Shown: in pieces, positions 18,337 to 29,459 of the stretch
Layout of the letters: every line of letters begins with the position of its first letter
Numbering within the stretch: the stretch's first letter is position 1
Source: Myxococcales bacterium
Lineage (GTDB): Bacteria > Myxococcota_A > Polyangia > Polyangiales > DASUME01
Reading direction: 5' to 3'
NCBI GenBank assembly: GCA_047601445.1
Contig: JASGJH010000001.1
Location: 2,496,001-2,560,000 of the forward strand
Length of the DNA stretch: 64,000 bases
Program-made: the position numbers and the translations under genes
Notes under the pieces: generated by a model
Database searches by the model: none
What the model was told of the DNA's origin: nothing
The model's input: the letters and a program-made list of their open reading frames with translations, nothing else

Positions 18337-20382
18337 ATGGACGAGCAGGAAAAACTGAACGAGTTCGGGGCCAGTACCTACGAGGAGTGGTTGAAGCTCG
18401 TAGACCGTGACCTGGCAGGGGCGCCTTTCGAGAAGAAGCTGGTGAAGCGCGTGGCCGGGGTGGACATCCGGCCCCTCTACACCCGCCAAGACCGGGAGCC
18501 CGAGCAGAGTTTGCCGGGCTTCGCGCCGTTTCGGCGCGGTGGCTATGCCCTGGGTGCGGTCGAGATGGGCTGGGAAGTGCGCCACGAAGTCGCGCGCTCT
18601 CACCCGGAAGCCGCGGCCGAGGCGGCCCTGGATGCCCTGAACGGTGGCGTGCGCGGGCTCAGTTTGCGCTTCGACCGCGCCACTCGCTGCGGCAGCACAG
18701 AACACGGGGTGGACGGCCTGGGAGCCAACAACCTGGCCGAGTTCGAGCGCGCTCTGGGTGAGACCCGGCTCGACTGGGTGCCCCTGCATCTCAAGGCGGG
18801 TGCGAGCGCCCTGCCCGTGGCAGCGGCCCTGCTCGCCCTGGCCCAGAAGCGCAGCCTCAAGCTGGACGCCCTGAGCGGGAGCTTCGGCGCCGATCCCCTG
18901 GCGGTGCTGGCCAGCACGGGCTCCTTGCCCGGCTCGGTCGAGAGCGCCCTCGAGGAAACCGCCGAGCTCGCCCGCTTCAGCAGTGAACATACCCCGCGCG
19001 TTCGGAGCGTCAGCGTCGACAGCTCGCCCTATCACAATGCGGGAGCCGACGCCGCCACCGAGATCGCCATCGCGCTCGCCACGGGCGTGACCTACCTGCG
19101 CGCGCTGACCGGCGCGGGCCTGTCGATCGACGCCGCGGCCAACCAACTGACCTTCGACTTCAGCATCGGCCGCGATGTGTTCGTGGAGATCGCCAAGCTG
19201 CGCGCGGCGCGGCTCGCCTGGTCCAAGGTGGTCGCGGCCTGCGGCGGAAGTCCCGCCAGCCAGGTGATGGTGCTGCACGCCAGCACATCGGTACGCACCA
19301 AGACCCAGCGCGATCCATGGGTGAACCTGCTGCGCGGCACGGGCGAGAGCTTTGCGGCGGCGGTGGGCGGCGCGGACGCCATCACCACCCTGCCCTTCGA
19401 CGCGTTGCTCGGCGAAGGCGACGAGTTCGGCGCACGCATGGCACGCAACACGCAGGAGCTGCTGCGCCACGAGTCGAGCCTGAATCGGGTGGTCGATCCC
19501 GCGGGCGGCAGCTGGTACGTCGAGGAGATCACCGACGGCCTCGCGCGCCGCGCCTGGGAGAAGTTCGCGGCGATCGAGAAGGCGGGCGGCCTGGTGGAGG
19601 TGCTCAAGCAGGGCACGCTGCAGAAGGAGCTCGCCCAGGTGCTGGAGAGCGAGCGCAAGGCCGTGGAGACGCGCAAGCTCGCCATCACCGGGGTCAACGA
19701 GTTCCCCCACGTGAAGGAAGAACCGGTCGCACGCGAGCGCCCCAACACCGAGCAGGCCCGAGCGCGCGCGCAGGTGGCCGACAAGCAGGCCGGTAACGCA
19801 GCGCTGCAGTTCAGCGGGGAATCGCGCGTCCAGCAGGTCATCTCGGCCGTCGCCAAGGGCGAGAGTTTCGCGCGCCTACGGGCAGCCCTCGCACAGGGCA
19901 CCCCCGCCAAGGTCAGCGCGTTGAGCGTCGAGCGTCTGGCGCAACCTTTCGAGGCTTTGCGCGACGCGGCCGATCGCCATGCCGAACGCACCGGCAAGCG
20001 CCCCGCGGCGTTCCTGGTGAACCTCGGTCCCATTCCGGAGCACAAGGCCCGCGCGGGCTTCGCGCAGAACTACCTCGAGGCGGGCGGCTTCCTCACCATC
20101 GGCAATGATGGGTTCGCCGACGCCGAAGCGGCCGCGCAAGCCTTCGCCAAGAGCGGCGCCCCGGTGGCGGTGCTCTGTTCGAGCGATGGAGTGTACGCCG
20201 AGCTCGCCGTGAAGACGGCCCAGGCCCTGAGCACCAAGGGCGCCAAGGTGATCGCTCTGGCCGGCAGCCCGGGTGAGCAAGAAGCCACCTACCGCGCCGC
20301 CGGCATCACGGACTTCGTCTTCATGGGTGCCAATGTCGTTCAGTCTCTGCGCTCGCTGCTCGAGCGCGTGGGAGCCGTCTGA
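18337..20382 (+). CDS. mutA: Methylmalonyl-CoA mutase small (beta) subunit
   Basis: [31 protein letters not shown] and VLCSSD motifs; lacks the DxHxxG motif. Confidence 0.9.
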   Translation: MDEQEKLNEFGASTYEEWLKLVDRDLAGAPFEKKLVKRVAGVDIRPLYTRQDREPEQSLPGFAPFRRGGYALGAVEMGWEVRHEVARSHPEAAAEAALDALNGGVRGLSLRFDRATRCGSTEHGVDGLGANNLAEFERALGETRLDWVPLHLKAGASALPVAAALLALAQKRSLKLDALSGSFGADPLAVLASTGSLPGSVESALEETAELARFSSEHTPRVRSVSVDSSPYHNAGADAATEIAIALATGVTYLRALTGAGLSIDAAANQLTFDFSIGRDVFVEIAKLRAARLAWSKVVAACGGSPASQVMVLHASTSVRTKTQRDPWVNLLRGTGESFAAAVGGADAITTLPFDALLGEGDEFGARMARNTQELLRHESSLNRVVDPAGGSWYVEEITDGLARRAWEKFAAIEKAGGLVEVLKQGTLQKELAQVLESERKAVETRKLAITGVNEFPHVKEEPVARERPNTEQARARAQVADKQAGNAALQFSGESRVQQVISAVAKGESFARLRAALAQGTPAKVSALSVERLAQPFEALRDAADRHAERTGKRPAAFLVNLGPIPEHKARAGFAQNYLEAGGFLTIGNDGFADAEAAAQAFAKSGAPVAVLCSSDGVYAELAVKTAQALSTKGAKVIALAGSPGEQEATYRAAGITDFVFMGANVVQSLRSLLERVGAV

Positions 20383-22580
20383 TGTCCAAGATTCCCAGCT
20401 TCGCCGACGTTCCCTTCGATAGCGCCGCCCCCAGCCAAGCCTCGCTCGAGGATTGGCGCGCGCAGGTGCAGCAAGAGACCGGTCGCAGCGTCGACTCGCT
20501 CACCTGGCAGACGCCGGAGCAGCTGCCGGTGAAGCCGCTCTACACGGCCGACGACCTGGCGCCCCTCGATCACCTCGACAGCATGCCCGGCATCGCGCCC
20601 TACGTGCGCGGCCCGTACGCCACGATGTACGCGCTCAAGCCCTGGACCATCCGTCAGTACGCGGGCTTCTCCACGGCCGAAGCATCGAACGCGTTCTATC
20701 GCCGCAACCTCGCGGCCGGTCAGATGGGCCTCTCCATCGCCTTCGATCTCGCCACGCATCGCGGCTACGACAGCGACCATCCGCGCGTGCTCGGCGATGT
20801 CGGCATGGCCGGCGTGGCCATCGACTCCATCGCAGACATGCGGATCCTGTTCGACGGCATCCCGCTCGACCAGATGAGCGTCTCGATGACCATGAACGGC
20901 GCGGTGCTGCCCATCATGGCGCTCTACATCCTGGCTGCCGAAGAACAGGGCGTGAAGCCCGAGAAGCTCAGCGGAACCATCCAGAACGACATCCTCAAGG
21001 AGTTCATGGTCCGCAACACGTACATCTATCCGCCCGATCCCTCGATGCGCATCATCGGCGACATCTTCTCGTACACCGCGAAGAACATGCCGAAGTTCAA
21101 CAGCATCTCGATCAGCGGCTACCACATGCAGGAAGCCGGCGCGACGGCGGACATCGAGCTCGCGTACACGCTCGCCGACGGTGTGGAGTACGTGCGCACC
21201 GGCCTGAACAGCGGCTTGACCATCGACAAGTTCGCCCCGCGCCTCTCGTTCTTCTGGGCCATCGGCATGAACTTCTTCATGGAAGTGGCCAAGATGCGCG
21301 CCGGTCGCCTGCTCTGGTCCAAGCTCATCAAGCAGTTCAACCCCAAGGATGTCCGCAGCCTCTCGCTGCGTACGCACTGCCAAACTTCAGGCTGGAGCCT
21401 CACCGCACAGGACCCGTTCAACAACGCAGCCCGCACCTGCATCGAAGCCATGGCGGCCACGCAGGGACACACCCAGAGCCTGCACACCAACGCACTCGAC
21501 GAGGCGCTCGCGCTGCCCACGGACTTCAGCGCACGCATCGCACGCAACACGCAGCTCTATCTGCAGCAGGAGAGCGGCACCACCCGCGTGATCGATCCCT
21601 GGGCTGGCAGCTACTACGTGGAGCGCCTTACCTACGATCTGGCCCAGCGCGCCTGGCAGCACATCCAGGAGGTCGAAGAGCTCGGCGGCATGGCCAAGGC
21701 CATCGCCACGGGCCTTCCCAAGATGCGCATCGAAGAGTGCGCCGCGCGTACCCAGGCCCGCATCGACTCGGGGCAGCAGGTCATCGTGGGCGTGAACCGC
21801 TTCAAGGTGGCGAAGGAGAAGCCCATCGACGTGCTCAAGGTCGACAACAAGGCCGTGCGCGAGGCGCAGATCAGGCGCCTGCAAGAGCTGCGCAAGAACC
21901 GTAATGAAGCCGACACTCAGGCCGCCCTCGAGGCGCTCACCAAGGCGGCAGCCGGTGAGATCCAGGCGAACTTGCTGGAGCTGGCGGTGGACGCGGGACG
22001 CAAGCGCGCGAGCGTGGGCGAGATCAGCTACGCTCTGGAGAAGGTCTGGGGCCGCCACGTGGCCCAAATCCGCTCCATCAAGGGCGTGTACAAGGACACC
22101 GTGGGAGACGCGACCAACGACATCACCGAGGTTCAGGCCCTGTCCGACGCCTTCGAGCAGAAGGAAGGTCGCAGGCCGCGCATCCTGGTCGCCAAGATGG
22201 GCCAAGACGGCCACGACCGCGGCGCCAAGGTGATCGCCACCGCGTTCGCCGACCTGGGCTTCGACGTGGACGTGGGTCCGCTGTTCCAGACGCCCGAAGA
22301 GACGGCGCGCCAGGCCGTCGAGAACGACGTGCACATCATCGGTGCGAGCTCGTTGGCGGCTGGTCACCTCACGCTGGTGCCGGCGCTCAAGGGCGAGCTG
22401 AGCAAGCTCGGACGCGAAGACATCATGATCGTGGTCGGCGGCGTGATCCCACCCCAGGACTACGATCAGCTCTACAAGGACGGCGCGAGCGCCGTGTTCG
22501 GACCGGGCACGGTGATCAGCAAGGCCGCCAAGGACTTGATGGCGGAGCTCAATCGACGCCTCGGCTATGCCGCCGAGTGA
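20382..22580 (+). CDS. scpA: Methylmalonyl-CoA mutase large (catalytic, B12-binding) subunit
   Basis: [27 protein letters not shown] and B12-binding [10 protein letters not shown] motifs. Confidence 0.97.
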   Translation: MSKIPSFADVPFDSAAPSQASLEDWRAQVQQETGRSVDSLTWQTPEQLPVKPLYTADDLAPLDHLDSMPGIAPYVRGPYATMYALKPWTIRQYAGFSTAEASNAFYRRNLAAGQMGLSIAFDLATHRGYDSDHPRVLGDVGMAGVAIDSIADMRILFDGIPLDQMSVSMTMNGAVLPIMALYILAAEEQGVKPEKLSGTIQNDILKEFMVRNTYIYPPDPSMRIIGDIFSYTAKNMPKFNSISISGYHMQEAGATADIELAYTLADGVEYVRTGLNSGLTIDKFAPRLSFFWAIGMNFFMEVAKMRAGRLLWSKLIKQFNPKDVRSLSLRTHCQTSGWSLTAQDPFNNAARTCIEAMAATQGHTQSLHTNALDEALALPTDFSARIARNTQLYLQQESGTTRVIDPWAGSYYVERLTYDLAQRAWQHIQEVEELGGMAKAIATGLPKMRIEECAARTQARIDSGQQVIVGVNRFKVAKEKPIDVLKVDNKAVREAQIRRLQELRKNRNEADTQAALEALTKAAAGEIQANLLELAVDAGRKRASVGEISYALEKVWGRHVAQIRSIKGVYKDTVGDATNDITEVQALSDAFEQKEGRRPRILVAKMGQDGHDRGAKVIATAFADLGFDVDVGPLFQTPEETARQAVENDVHIIGASSLAAGHLTLVPALKGELSKLGREDIMIVVGGVIPPQDYDQLYKDGASAVFGPGTVISKAAKDLMAELNRRLGYAAE

Positions 22581-23619
22581 GCCCGCCGCGCCGGCGTCGC
22601 CAGCTTCACCGGCATCGCCAGCTTCGCCGAGACGCCGTGAGCTTTCACTCGAAGACTACGTGCAGGGAGTGCTCGCAGGGGACCGAGCGGTCCTCGGTCG
22701 TGCCATCTCGCTCGTGGAGAGCAATGCGCAGGCTCACCAGCAGCTCGCCCAACAAGTCCTGACGCAGCTCTTGCCCCACGCGGGCAAGGCGCGCCGCGTG
22801 GGCATCAGCGGCGTGCCCGGAGTCGGCAAGAGCACCTTCATCGAGGCGCTCGGCCAGAACCTCACCAAGCACGGCCACAAGGTGGCTGTGCTCGCGGTGG
22901 ACCCGACCAGCGAGCGCACCAAGGGCAGCATCCTCGGCGACAAGACCCGCATGGTGCACCTGTCCCAGGATCCCAACGCCTTCATCCGACCGTCGCCGAG
23001 TAGCGGATCCCTCGGCGGTGTCGGACGCAAGACGCGCGAGACCATGCTGCTGTGTGAAGCCGCGGGCTTCGACGTGGTGTTGGTGGAGACCGTGGGCGTG
23101 GGCCAGAGCGAGACGATGGTGGCCGACATGGTGGACTTCTACCTGGTGCTGATGCTGGCAGGCGCAGGCGACGAACTGCAGGGCATCAAGCGCGGCATCC
23201 TCGAGCTCGCCGACATGATCGCGGTCAACAAGGCCGACAGCGGCAACGAGAAGGCTGCCGAGCGCGCGCGCCGGGAGTACGAGGGCGCCCTCGAGCTGAT
23301 GCACAGCCGGACCGACGGCTGGAAGGTCCCCGTGGTGAAGTGCTCGGGGATGAGCAACCAGGGCCTCGACGAGCTCTGGGCCCACATCGAGCGTCACCGC
23401 GAAGAGCTCACGCGCACGGGCAAGCTCGAGGAGCTGCGCAACAAGCAGCTCCTGCATTGGATGTGGCAGATGGTGCACGGCGAGCTCATCGATCGGCTGC
23501 ACCAAAACCCGGGTGTGAAGGCTCTGGCTCCCGAGCTCGAGGCGCGTGTCCACGGTGGGCAGCTCACGGCCACTCTTGCGGCTCAGCAGATTCTCGAGGC
23601 CTTCTCTCGCTCCTCCTAG
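22567..23619 (+). CDS. meaB: Methylmalonyl-CoA mutase-associated GTPase
   Basis: [32 protein letters not shown] and VNKAD motifs. Confidence 0.95.
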   Translation: MPPSEPAAPASPASPASPASPRRRELSLEDYVQGVLAGDRAVLGRAISLVESNAQAHQQLAQQVLTQLLPHAGKARRVGISGVPGVGKSTFIEALGQNLTKHGHKVAVLAVDPTSERTKGSILGDKTRMVHLSQDPNAFIRPSPSSGSLGGVGRKTRETMLLCEAAGFDVVLVETVGVGQSETMVADMVDFYLVLMLAGAGDELQGIKRGILELADMIAVNKADSGNEKAAERARREYEGALELMHSRTDGWKVPVVKCSGMSNQGLDELWAHIERHREELTRTGKLEELRNKQLLHWMWQMVHGELIDRLHQNPGVKALAPELEARVHGGQLTATLAAQQILEAFSRSS

Positions 23620-23660
23620 TCTCCAGAGCGCTCCCTGCGTTGGTGCGGCCGCTGCGGGAC

Positions 23661-23848
23661 GGCGGGGCGTTGGAGCGGGGCGCTGCGCGCCTATCGCGCC
23701 GATGAGTGCGTTGGTGGAGTCTGGTCGGTGGCGCTTCGATGGCCGGCGCACCTGTGAGGACGCGAGTTGCGATGGGCGCGGCTCGCGCCCCGCTCCAACC
23801 CCCCGCCGCCCCTTCGCGGTTCCCCCAGTTCGCAGGAACGAACTGGGG
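23661..23848. repeat. Intergenic palindromic element cluster
   Basis: GGCGGGGCGTTGGAGCGGGGCGC (~23661) is an inverted copy of GCGCCCCGCTCCAACCCCCCGCC (~23785); a CCCCAGTTCG...CGAACTGGGG hairpin follows at ~23823-23848. Confidence 0.65.
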
Positions 23849-24138
23849 CCGAGGCGGCGGTGAAAAGAGCCTCGAGGTCATGTTGAGCGAACGCAAAGAG
23901 TGGGCGAGAGCTGAACCGTGGACGCGGTGCATCTGGTCCTGTGCTCGAGCGTTCCAAAGTCCATCCGGGTCTTGTCTGGCCTCAGTTTTGACTCGACGCT
24001 CCCAAGTGTTCCCGGTCTCTAGAGCTCCGGTGTGCTCTCGAGAGCTTTCGCGAGCCTTCTCCGAGCTCTCGAGCCCCAACAATCCCGCCACCGAAGCGCC
24101 GGCCACGACCCGGAGTGCACCAGAGGAAGAAGAGCGAG

Positions 24139-25164
24139 TTACTCGTCAGCTTTGATGACGATCATGCGGGAGGTCAGGACGTCTTTCATGGGGCCCGGCG
24201 TGGGTGGCGGGCGGATGCTGCGCGCTGGTAGACCGTTGGCGACGCGCGCGTCCATCACGGCTTGACCGAGCTCGCGTGGACTCACAGGCGCCACACCGAG
24301 TACGCGCAGGAGCACGTGGCTCATGTCGTCGGCGCTCTCGAAGCGCTGCTCGGGATCGTGGTCCAATGCCCGGTCGACCACTGCCACCAGCTCCGCCGGC
24401 AGGTCTGCACGCTTGTCGCGCAGCGGCGGGACCTCGCCTTCGCGCACCTTGCGGATGCGCTCGGCGTCCGTGTCCGCCCAGTAGAGTCGCTCTCCCGTAA
24501 GAGCCTCCCAGAGCACGATGCCCACGGCGTAGAGGTCGCTGCGCTCATTCGCGGGTCTGCCGCGCGCCAGCTCGGGCGCGAGGTAGCTGAGCTTGCCCTT
24601 CACCACGTCGGGGCTCGTCATGCGCGCGCGATCCACGGCCCGCGCCAGGCCGAAGTCCGTCAGCTTCGCCACGCCCGAGACGCTGATCATGATGTTGTGG
24701 GGCGTGACGTCGCGATGGATGATCGGCGCCAGGTTGCCGCTCGCGTCCACGCGCTCGTGGGCCGCTGCGAGGCCCGACAGCACCTGCGCCATGATCGCCG
24801 CGACCTGACGCCAGGGCGTGGGCACGCCCCGGTCGGTGAAGCTCTTCACGTACTGGCCGAGGTGGACTCCGTCCACCCACTCCATCACCAGGTAATAGCC
24901 GCTATTGTCGACGCCGAAGTCGTGCACCTGCACCACGTTGGCGTGGTCGAGCTCCGAGCACACGCGCGCCTCTTCGATGAACATGCGCACGAACTCGGTG
25001 TTGTTCGCGAGGTGATCGTGGACGCGCTTGAGGGCGACTGGACGCTGGAAGCCGGCCGCGCCTCGGGTGACCGCGCGATACACCTGCGCCATGCCACCGT
25101 CGCCTGCCAGTTCCAAGAGCTCATAGCGCCCGTGTACGAGGCGGCCGCTCTCATCTGACGCCAT
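24139..25164 (-). CDS. Hanks-type Ser/Thr protein kinase (cytoplasmic)
   Basis: GDGGMAQVY, VALK, HRDVTPHN, DFG and YLAPE motifs. Confidence 0.95.
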   Translation of the reverse strand: MASDESGRLVHGRYELLELAGDGGMAQVYRAVTRGAAGFQRPVALKRVHDHLANNTEFVRMFIEEARVCSELDHANVVQVHDFGVDNSGYYLVMEWVDGVHLGQYVKSFTDRGVPTPWRQVAAIMAQVLSGLAAAHERVDASGNLAPIIHRDVTPHNIMISVSGVAKLTDFGLARAVDRARMTSPDVVKGKLSYLAPELARGRPANERSDLYAVGIVLWEALTGERLYWADTDAERIRKVREGEVPPLRDKRADLPAELVAVVDRALDHDPEQRFESADDMSHVLLRVLGVAPVSPRELGQAVMDARVANGLPARSIRPPPTPGPMKDVLTSRMIVIKADE

Positions 25165-25192
25165 TGCTCTTATCCCTCTGGTCCGATCTTAC

Positions 25193-25969
25193 TCAAATTC
25201 CAGCGCGAGCCACGCGAACCAAGGAAGGCGTCGGCGCGATCGAATCCAGCCGGCGAGGGAGCGCGAGCGGCGCCCGCAGCGCCGTGTTGAAGCTCTTCAA
25301 GTGGGAAGCAACCCCTGGCAGCACCAGGCCCGAGGCGAAGCTCTGCCAGTCGGGATGATCGGAGTGGAAGCTTTCGAGTCGGTATGTGGCCAACTGCGCC
25401 CGAGCCTTACCCTGCGCCTGAAAGCACAGCACGCGTCCGGCCGTGTTCTGCAGGCTCGCGATGGTGGTGGGCGAAGGGAAGGTCAGGCCCCGCGGGGTCC
25501 ATGAGAAGGCTAGCTGTGTCCCGTCCTCGGCATCAATCTCGATGCGGTTCCCGCGGCGGGCGAAGTGAGCAAAGCCCTTGGGCAAATGCCAGTCGCGCCG
25601 CTCCATGACGCCGGAGTCCTCGGTGCTGGACTGGACGTGGTCGCTATAGGAGCGGGCCACGAAGTACATGGGGCCCATGCGGGGAACGTCGTCATAGGCC
25701 GGGTCGGAGCTGCGCACGATGGCGCTGAGCCAGAGCAGCTCCCGGCGCGTGACCGCATCGCTGCCGACGAACTCCAGGTACAGCAACATTCCCAACGTAT
25801 GGCCGGCCGTCTGCAGGACGCGAAACTCATCGGGAACGCTGACGTTGCGCGCGGAGACGATGCACGGGATGGCGAGGCCGCTCCCCTCACTCCGCCAGGG
25901 TGCTGCTGGTTTTGAATGCAATTCCGACAAGCTCCCTCCCCTAGATGGCGAGCTTAGCGGAAAACACAC
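25193..25969 (-). CDS. Acetoacetate decarboxylase-like fold protein
   Basis: LGMLLYLEF...RELLW and WHLPKGFA resemble the ADC-family W.LPK motif; start uncertain. Confidence 0.5.
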   Translation of the reverse strand: MCFPLSSPSRGGSLSELHSKPAAPWRSEGSGLAIPCIVSARNVSVPDEFRVLQTAGHTLGMLLYLEFVGSDAVTRRELLWLSAIVRSSDPAYDDVPRMGPMYFVARSYSDHVQSSTEDSGVMERRDWHLPKGFAHFARRGNRIEIDAEDGTQLAFSWTPRGLTFPSPTTIASLQNTAGRVLCFQAQGKARAQLATYRLESFHSDHPDWQSFASGLVLPGVASHLKSFNTALRAPLALPRRLDSIAPTPSLVRVARAGI

Positions 25970-26107
25970 CCGCGGGCAGCACGTGGGATACGACCAGAAG
26001 CCACCGTTTACCTGTCCCTCCGGTCAATCCCAGCGCCGCTTCGGTCAACACCCGCCTATCAAAACGTGCTTTTATGTGGGCCATTGGTTGGACAGGTGGA
26101 GGTTTGC

Positions 26108-26989
26108 TTGAAGTACGCACAGCTTGGCCTTGGAATCGCGATGTTTACCGTTGCTGGCGCCTGGGCGGCCTGTGGCAGCGACCCGCCCGCCAGTCTCGCC
26201 CCTGTCGGTGATGGGGACGGAGACGGCGATGGGGACGGCGACGGCGACTCGAAAGGCGAATGCGAAGTCGACGACACCGAGGACTGCAGCAGCAAATGCG
26301 ACGGACTCGACGGTACCCGCGTCTGCATCCAGGACGATGCGGACAGTGCGCCGCGCTGGTCGACCTGCGAGTGCGAGCCCCCCAAGAATATCGATACCAA
26401 CCCCAACGACGCGCCCTGCAAGGCCGGTTACTACACCGGTGACTTCATGGGTGAGTACTGGTCGGGCATCTTCGACATCGGCTTCGGCTCCCTGGCCAGC
26501 GTGCCGGTCGTCGCCAAGGGCGGCGCAAACGGCCAGGGCCTCAACTTGACGCTGGTGCAGACCGGCGAGCCCCCGCAGCCCGGCCAGGAGTTCGCGCCGG
26601 AGCTGGGCGTGAAGGACGGCTGCGTGGTGGGCATCGCGGACGCCCTCGGCACCGAACACCCCTTCGTCGGCACCATCACGGGCGAGCTCGACTGCGACAC
26701 CGGCAAGTTCACCGGGACCCTCAAGGGCTACTACAAGCTGTTTGGCAGCGACATTACCTATCCGTTCGTGGGCCCGGTTACGGCGCAGTTCAACACCACC
26801 AACCAGAAGCTCGAGAAGGGCACCTGGAAGGTCGTCGAACACATGATGACCATGAACCCCCCGGGTGGCTCTGGCTCCTGGAACGCTGCGTGGGACGCGG
26901 ACACCAATCCGAACCCCATTCCGCCCGAGTGCAAGGCGCTGCTCGATGAGGCCGCGAACGGCGGCGGCGGCGCTGACGCCGGGACCTGA
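26108..26989 (+). CDS. Cys-rich lipoprotein with Gly-Asp repeat linker (paralog 1)
   Basis: GGAGG RBS and TTG start, AWAAC lipobox, (GD)n tract, CKAGYYTG.F.G and LDC.TG.FTG motifs shared with the next gene. Confidence 0.8.
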   Translation: MKYAQLGLGIAMFTVAGAWAACGSDPPASLAPVGDGDGDGDGDGDGDSKGECEVDDTEDCSSKCDGLDGTRVCIQDDADSAPRWSTCECEPPKNIDTNPNDAPCKAGYYTGDFMGEYWSGIFDIGFGSLASVPVVAKGGANGQGLNLTLVQTGEPPQPGQEFAPELGVKDGCVVGIADALGTEHPFVGTITGELDCDTGKFTGTLKGYYKLFGSDITYPFVGPVTAQFNTTNQKLEKGTWKVVEHMMTMNPPGGSGSWNAAWDADTNPNPIPPECKALLDEAANGGGGADAGT

Positions 26990-27124
26990 GCCTTCTCACC
27001 GTACCTCCGAGATTGACTGATCACACCTGACCCGCGCGTTCTCGGTCACACCGGGAATGACGTGGGTCAAGCCTGTGCGCGGGCCACGTGCTTAGATGCC
27101 CCCCGGTTGCTCCCGGAGGTTGCC

Positions 27125-27994
27125 TTGCGCTCTCGATTCCTTGTTCTTGCCCTACCCCTTGTCCTCGCTGCCTGCCCAAGCGATCCAGCTCCCACCACGG
27201 CGCCCAACAGCGGCGACGGGGATGGCGATGGGGACGGCGACGGGGACGGCGATGGCGACGACGCCGGCACCGTCGAGTGCGATGACGGCCCCACGCGCAC
27301 CTGCAAATGCGACGACGGCACCAAGGGCGTCCAGTACTGCAACGACGCCTTTGGCGACTACAGCGACTGCGACTGTGCAGGGGGCCCGCAGAACCTCAAG
27401 TGCAAAGCCGGTTACTACACCGGGACCTTCAAGGGCAAGTGGCGCACGGGCGCGCTCGATTTGGGTGGCGGCGTGGTGTTGTCGAACGCGGACATCGAGG
27501 CCAAGGGCACCAACGGCGCGCCTGGACTCGCACTGACGCTGGTGGAGATGGCCGATACAGGCGGTGAGTTCCCAACCTACGAGGTGAAGAACGGCTGCGT
27601 GTACGGCACCGCGAGCGCCTTCGGGGCCGACAATCATCCCTTCGTGGGCACCTTGAGTGGCTCGCTCGACTGCGAGACCGGCGCCTTCACCGGCATCATG
27701 GACGGCAAGTACAAGTTCTTCGACTCGGACGTGACCTTCTTCTTCTCTGGCCCCATGGTCGCGTCCTTCGATTCGGCGGGCTCCAAGCTCGACCAGGGAA
27801 CTTGGCGCATGAAGGAGAAGAACGCCAAGCCGACTGACAATCCGTGGGCAGGCGGTGAAGGCACCTGGGACGCCGTATGGAAGTCCACCGACTCACCCGA
27901 CGTGCCGAAAGAATGCCAAACCTTCATCGATATGGGAGGCGGCGCGAGCGACGGCGGCGTGTGGGATGGCGGCGGACCGCCGCTGAAGATTTAG
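27125..27994 (+). CDS. Cys-rich lipoprotein with Gly-Asp repeat linker (paralog 2)
   Basis: GGAGG RBS and TTG start, LAAC lipobox, (GD)n tract, same conserved motifs as paralog 1. Confidence 0.8.
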   Translation: MRSRFLVLALPLVLAACPSDPAPTTAPNSGDGDGDGDGDGDGDGDDAGTVECDDGPTRTCKCDDGTKGVQYCNDAFGDYSDCDCAGGPQNLKCKAGYYTGTFKGKWRTGALDLGGGVVLSNADIEAKGTNGAPGLALTLVEMADTGGEFPTYEVKNGCVYGTASAFGADNHPFVGTLSGSLDCETGAFTGIMDGKYKFFDSDVTFFFSGPMVASFDSAGSKLDQGTWRMKEKNAKPTDNPWAGGEGTWDAVWKSTDSPDVPKECQTFIDMGGGASDGGVWDGGGPPLKI

Positions 27995-28223
27995 GCAACT
28001 GAGCGCGCGCAGCGCGTCTCCCTCAGACACGCTGCTCGGAGCCCTTCAACAGCTTGCCATTCCTGCGCGACCCCCGTCGAAGTGCGCGCATAGGTACTCG
28101 AACAGCTCGTAGTGCCCGACAAAGTAGACGCGTCCTAGCAGGATCTCGCGGCCATCGTGGAGCCGGAAGGTCAGCGAGGCGTCCATGTCGCCTCCCGTCC
28201 AAACTGAGAGTTCCTGGACGCGT

Positions 28224-28501
28224 TCAGGTCGACCTCCCGTGGCCCCTCAACGGGACGCCGTGCCAGACCCAGTGAACCTTCGAGCCGCGACAGATGACCT
28301 CGAAGATCACTTTGGCGTTCTCGTAGCTGCGCACGGTCCACCTGTAGAAAACACGGTGCTGGCGAGCGCCCCCACCAGCCACACGAGGCCGAGCCAGATG
28401 TTCGGGGCGGTGAACACCAGGACAGCTCCAATGATGCCCAGGCAGAACAGACCGATCATCGCAGCCGAGCTCGTTTGGCGTTGAACGAAGACACGGTCCA
28501 T
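28224..28501 (-). CDS. Small membrane protein (apparent 1-nt deletion in homopolymer at 28348-28351)
   Basis: Two transmembrane segments. Adding one T to the T4 run joins STVF to FYRWTVRSYENAKVIFEV...GRST*; the span is 3n+2. Confidence 0.5.
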
Positions 28502-28542
28502 GTTGCCGAGCGCTGCCTCTCACCGGTGGGATTGCGAGCCGC

Positions 28543-29298
28543 CTATGCGGCGTCGTGCCCCAGCGCCCTGAGCAGCTCCTGGATCGACGTCCGCGTCCCC
28601 ACCTCGAGCGCGCGGCAGATCTGCGCGTGCCCGATGCTCACCTCGAGCAGCCCGGGTAGCTCACGCAACAGGGCGAGGTTGTGTCGGTCGAGATCGTGTC
28701 CCGCGTTGACCCCCAGCCCCACTTCGCGGGCCGCCTCCGCGCTCGCGTAGACCTCGGCCGTGCGTGCGGCCTGCTCCGACTTGCCGAACGCCCAAGCGAA
28801 GGGCCCCGTGTAGAGCTCCACGCGATCGGCCCCCGTGGCCTTCAGCGCACGCACCGACTCCGGATCGCAATCGACGAACAAGCTCACGCGGATACCCTTC
28901 TCGTGCAGCGCGCGCACGAAGGGCACCAGCGCGGGCACGTCGCGGGCCTCGAAGCCGTGATCGGAGGTGACCTCACCGGGTCGCACGGGCACTAGCGTGC
29001 ACTGGGCCGGCACCACGCGGGTCACCAACTCCAGGAGCTGCACCGAAGGTTCGCACTCGATGTTGTACTCGATGCCTGGCCAGCGCTGACGCATGTGCTC
29101 GGCCACCGCGGGCACGTCGTCGAAGCGGATGTGTCGCTGATCGGAGCGAGGATGCACCGTGATGCCGTGGGCGCCGGCCTCGAGGCAGACATCGACCATG
29201 TGAAGCAGGTTCGGTGCATCGTGGCCGCGCGAGTTGCGCACCAGCGCGTACTTGTTGATGTTCACCGAAAGCTTGGTCAACGGCCGTTCGATCGCCAT
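28543..29298 (-). CDS. pdxJ: Pyridoxine 5'-phosphate synthase
   Basis: LSVNINK.A.VRNSRG, GITVHPRSDQRHIR, VELYTG, NAGHDL and EVSIGHA motifs. Confidence 0.95.
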   Translation of the reverse strand: MAIERPLTKLSVNINKYALVRNSRGHDAPNLLHMVDVCLEAGAHGITVHPRSDQRHIRFDDVPAVAEHMRQRWPGIEYNIECEPSVQLLELVTRVVPAQCTLVPVRPGEVTSDHGFEARDVPALVPFVRALHEKGIRVSLFVDCDPESVRALKATGADRVELYTGPFAWAFGKSEQAARTAEVYASAEAAREVGLGVNAGHDLDRHNLALLRELPGLLEVSIGHAQICRALEVGTRTSIQELLRALGHDAA

Positions 29299-29329
29299 GA
29301 AGGAACAGCATAGCGCGCGAGTCGAAGCG

Positions 29330-29422
29330 CGCCCTCGGGCGCGCGAGCAGAGAAATCACGCGCCCTCGGGCGCGCGAGCAGAGAAATCACGCGCCCTCGG
29401 GCGCGCGAGCAGAGAAATCACG
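29330..29422. repeat. Perfect 31-bp tandem repeat x3 with internal palindrome
   Basis: CGCCCTCGGGCGCGCGAGCAGAGAAATCACG at 29330, 29361 and 29392, with no spacers. Confidence 0.95.
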
Positions 29423-29459
29423 CACGGGGCGATGCCCGCTCACGCCGCGCAATCCAGGC

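Noticed and set aside
26209..26250. Hexamer repeat as a phase-variable tract (also ~27213-27260)
   Set aside because: The tracts are in-frame with varied synonymous codons, so they reflect protein-level Gly-Asp repeats.
29330..29422. Possible mini-CRISPR (31-bp palindromic repeats)
   Set aside because: The units are contiguous and identical, with no spacers and no cas genes.
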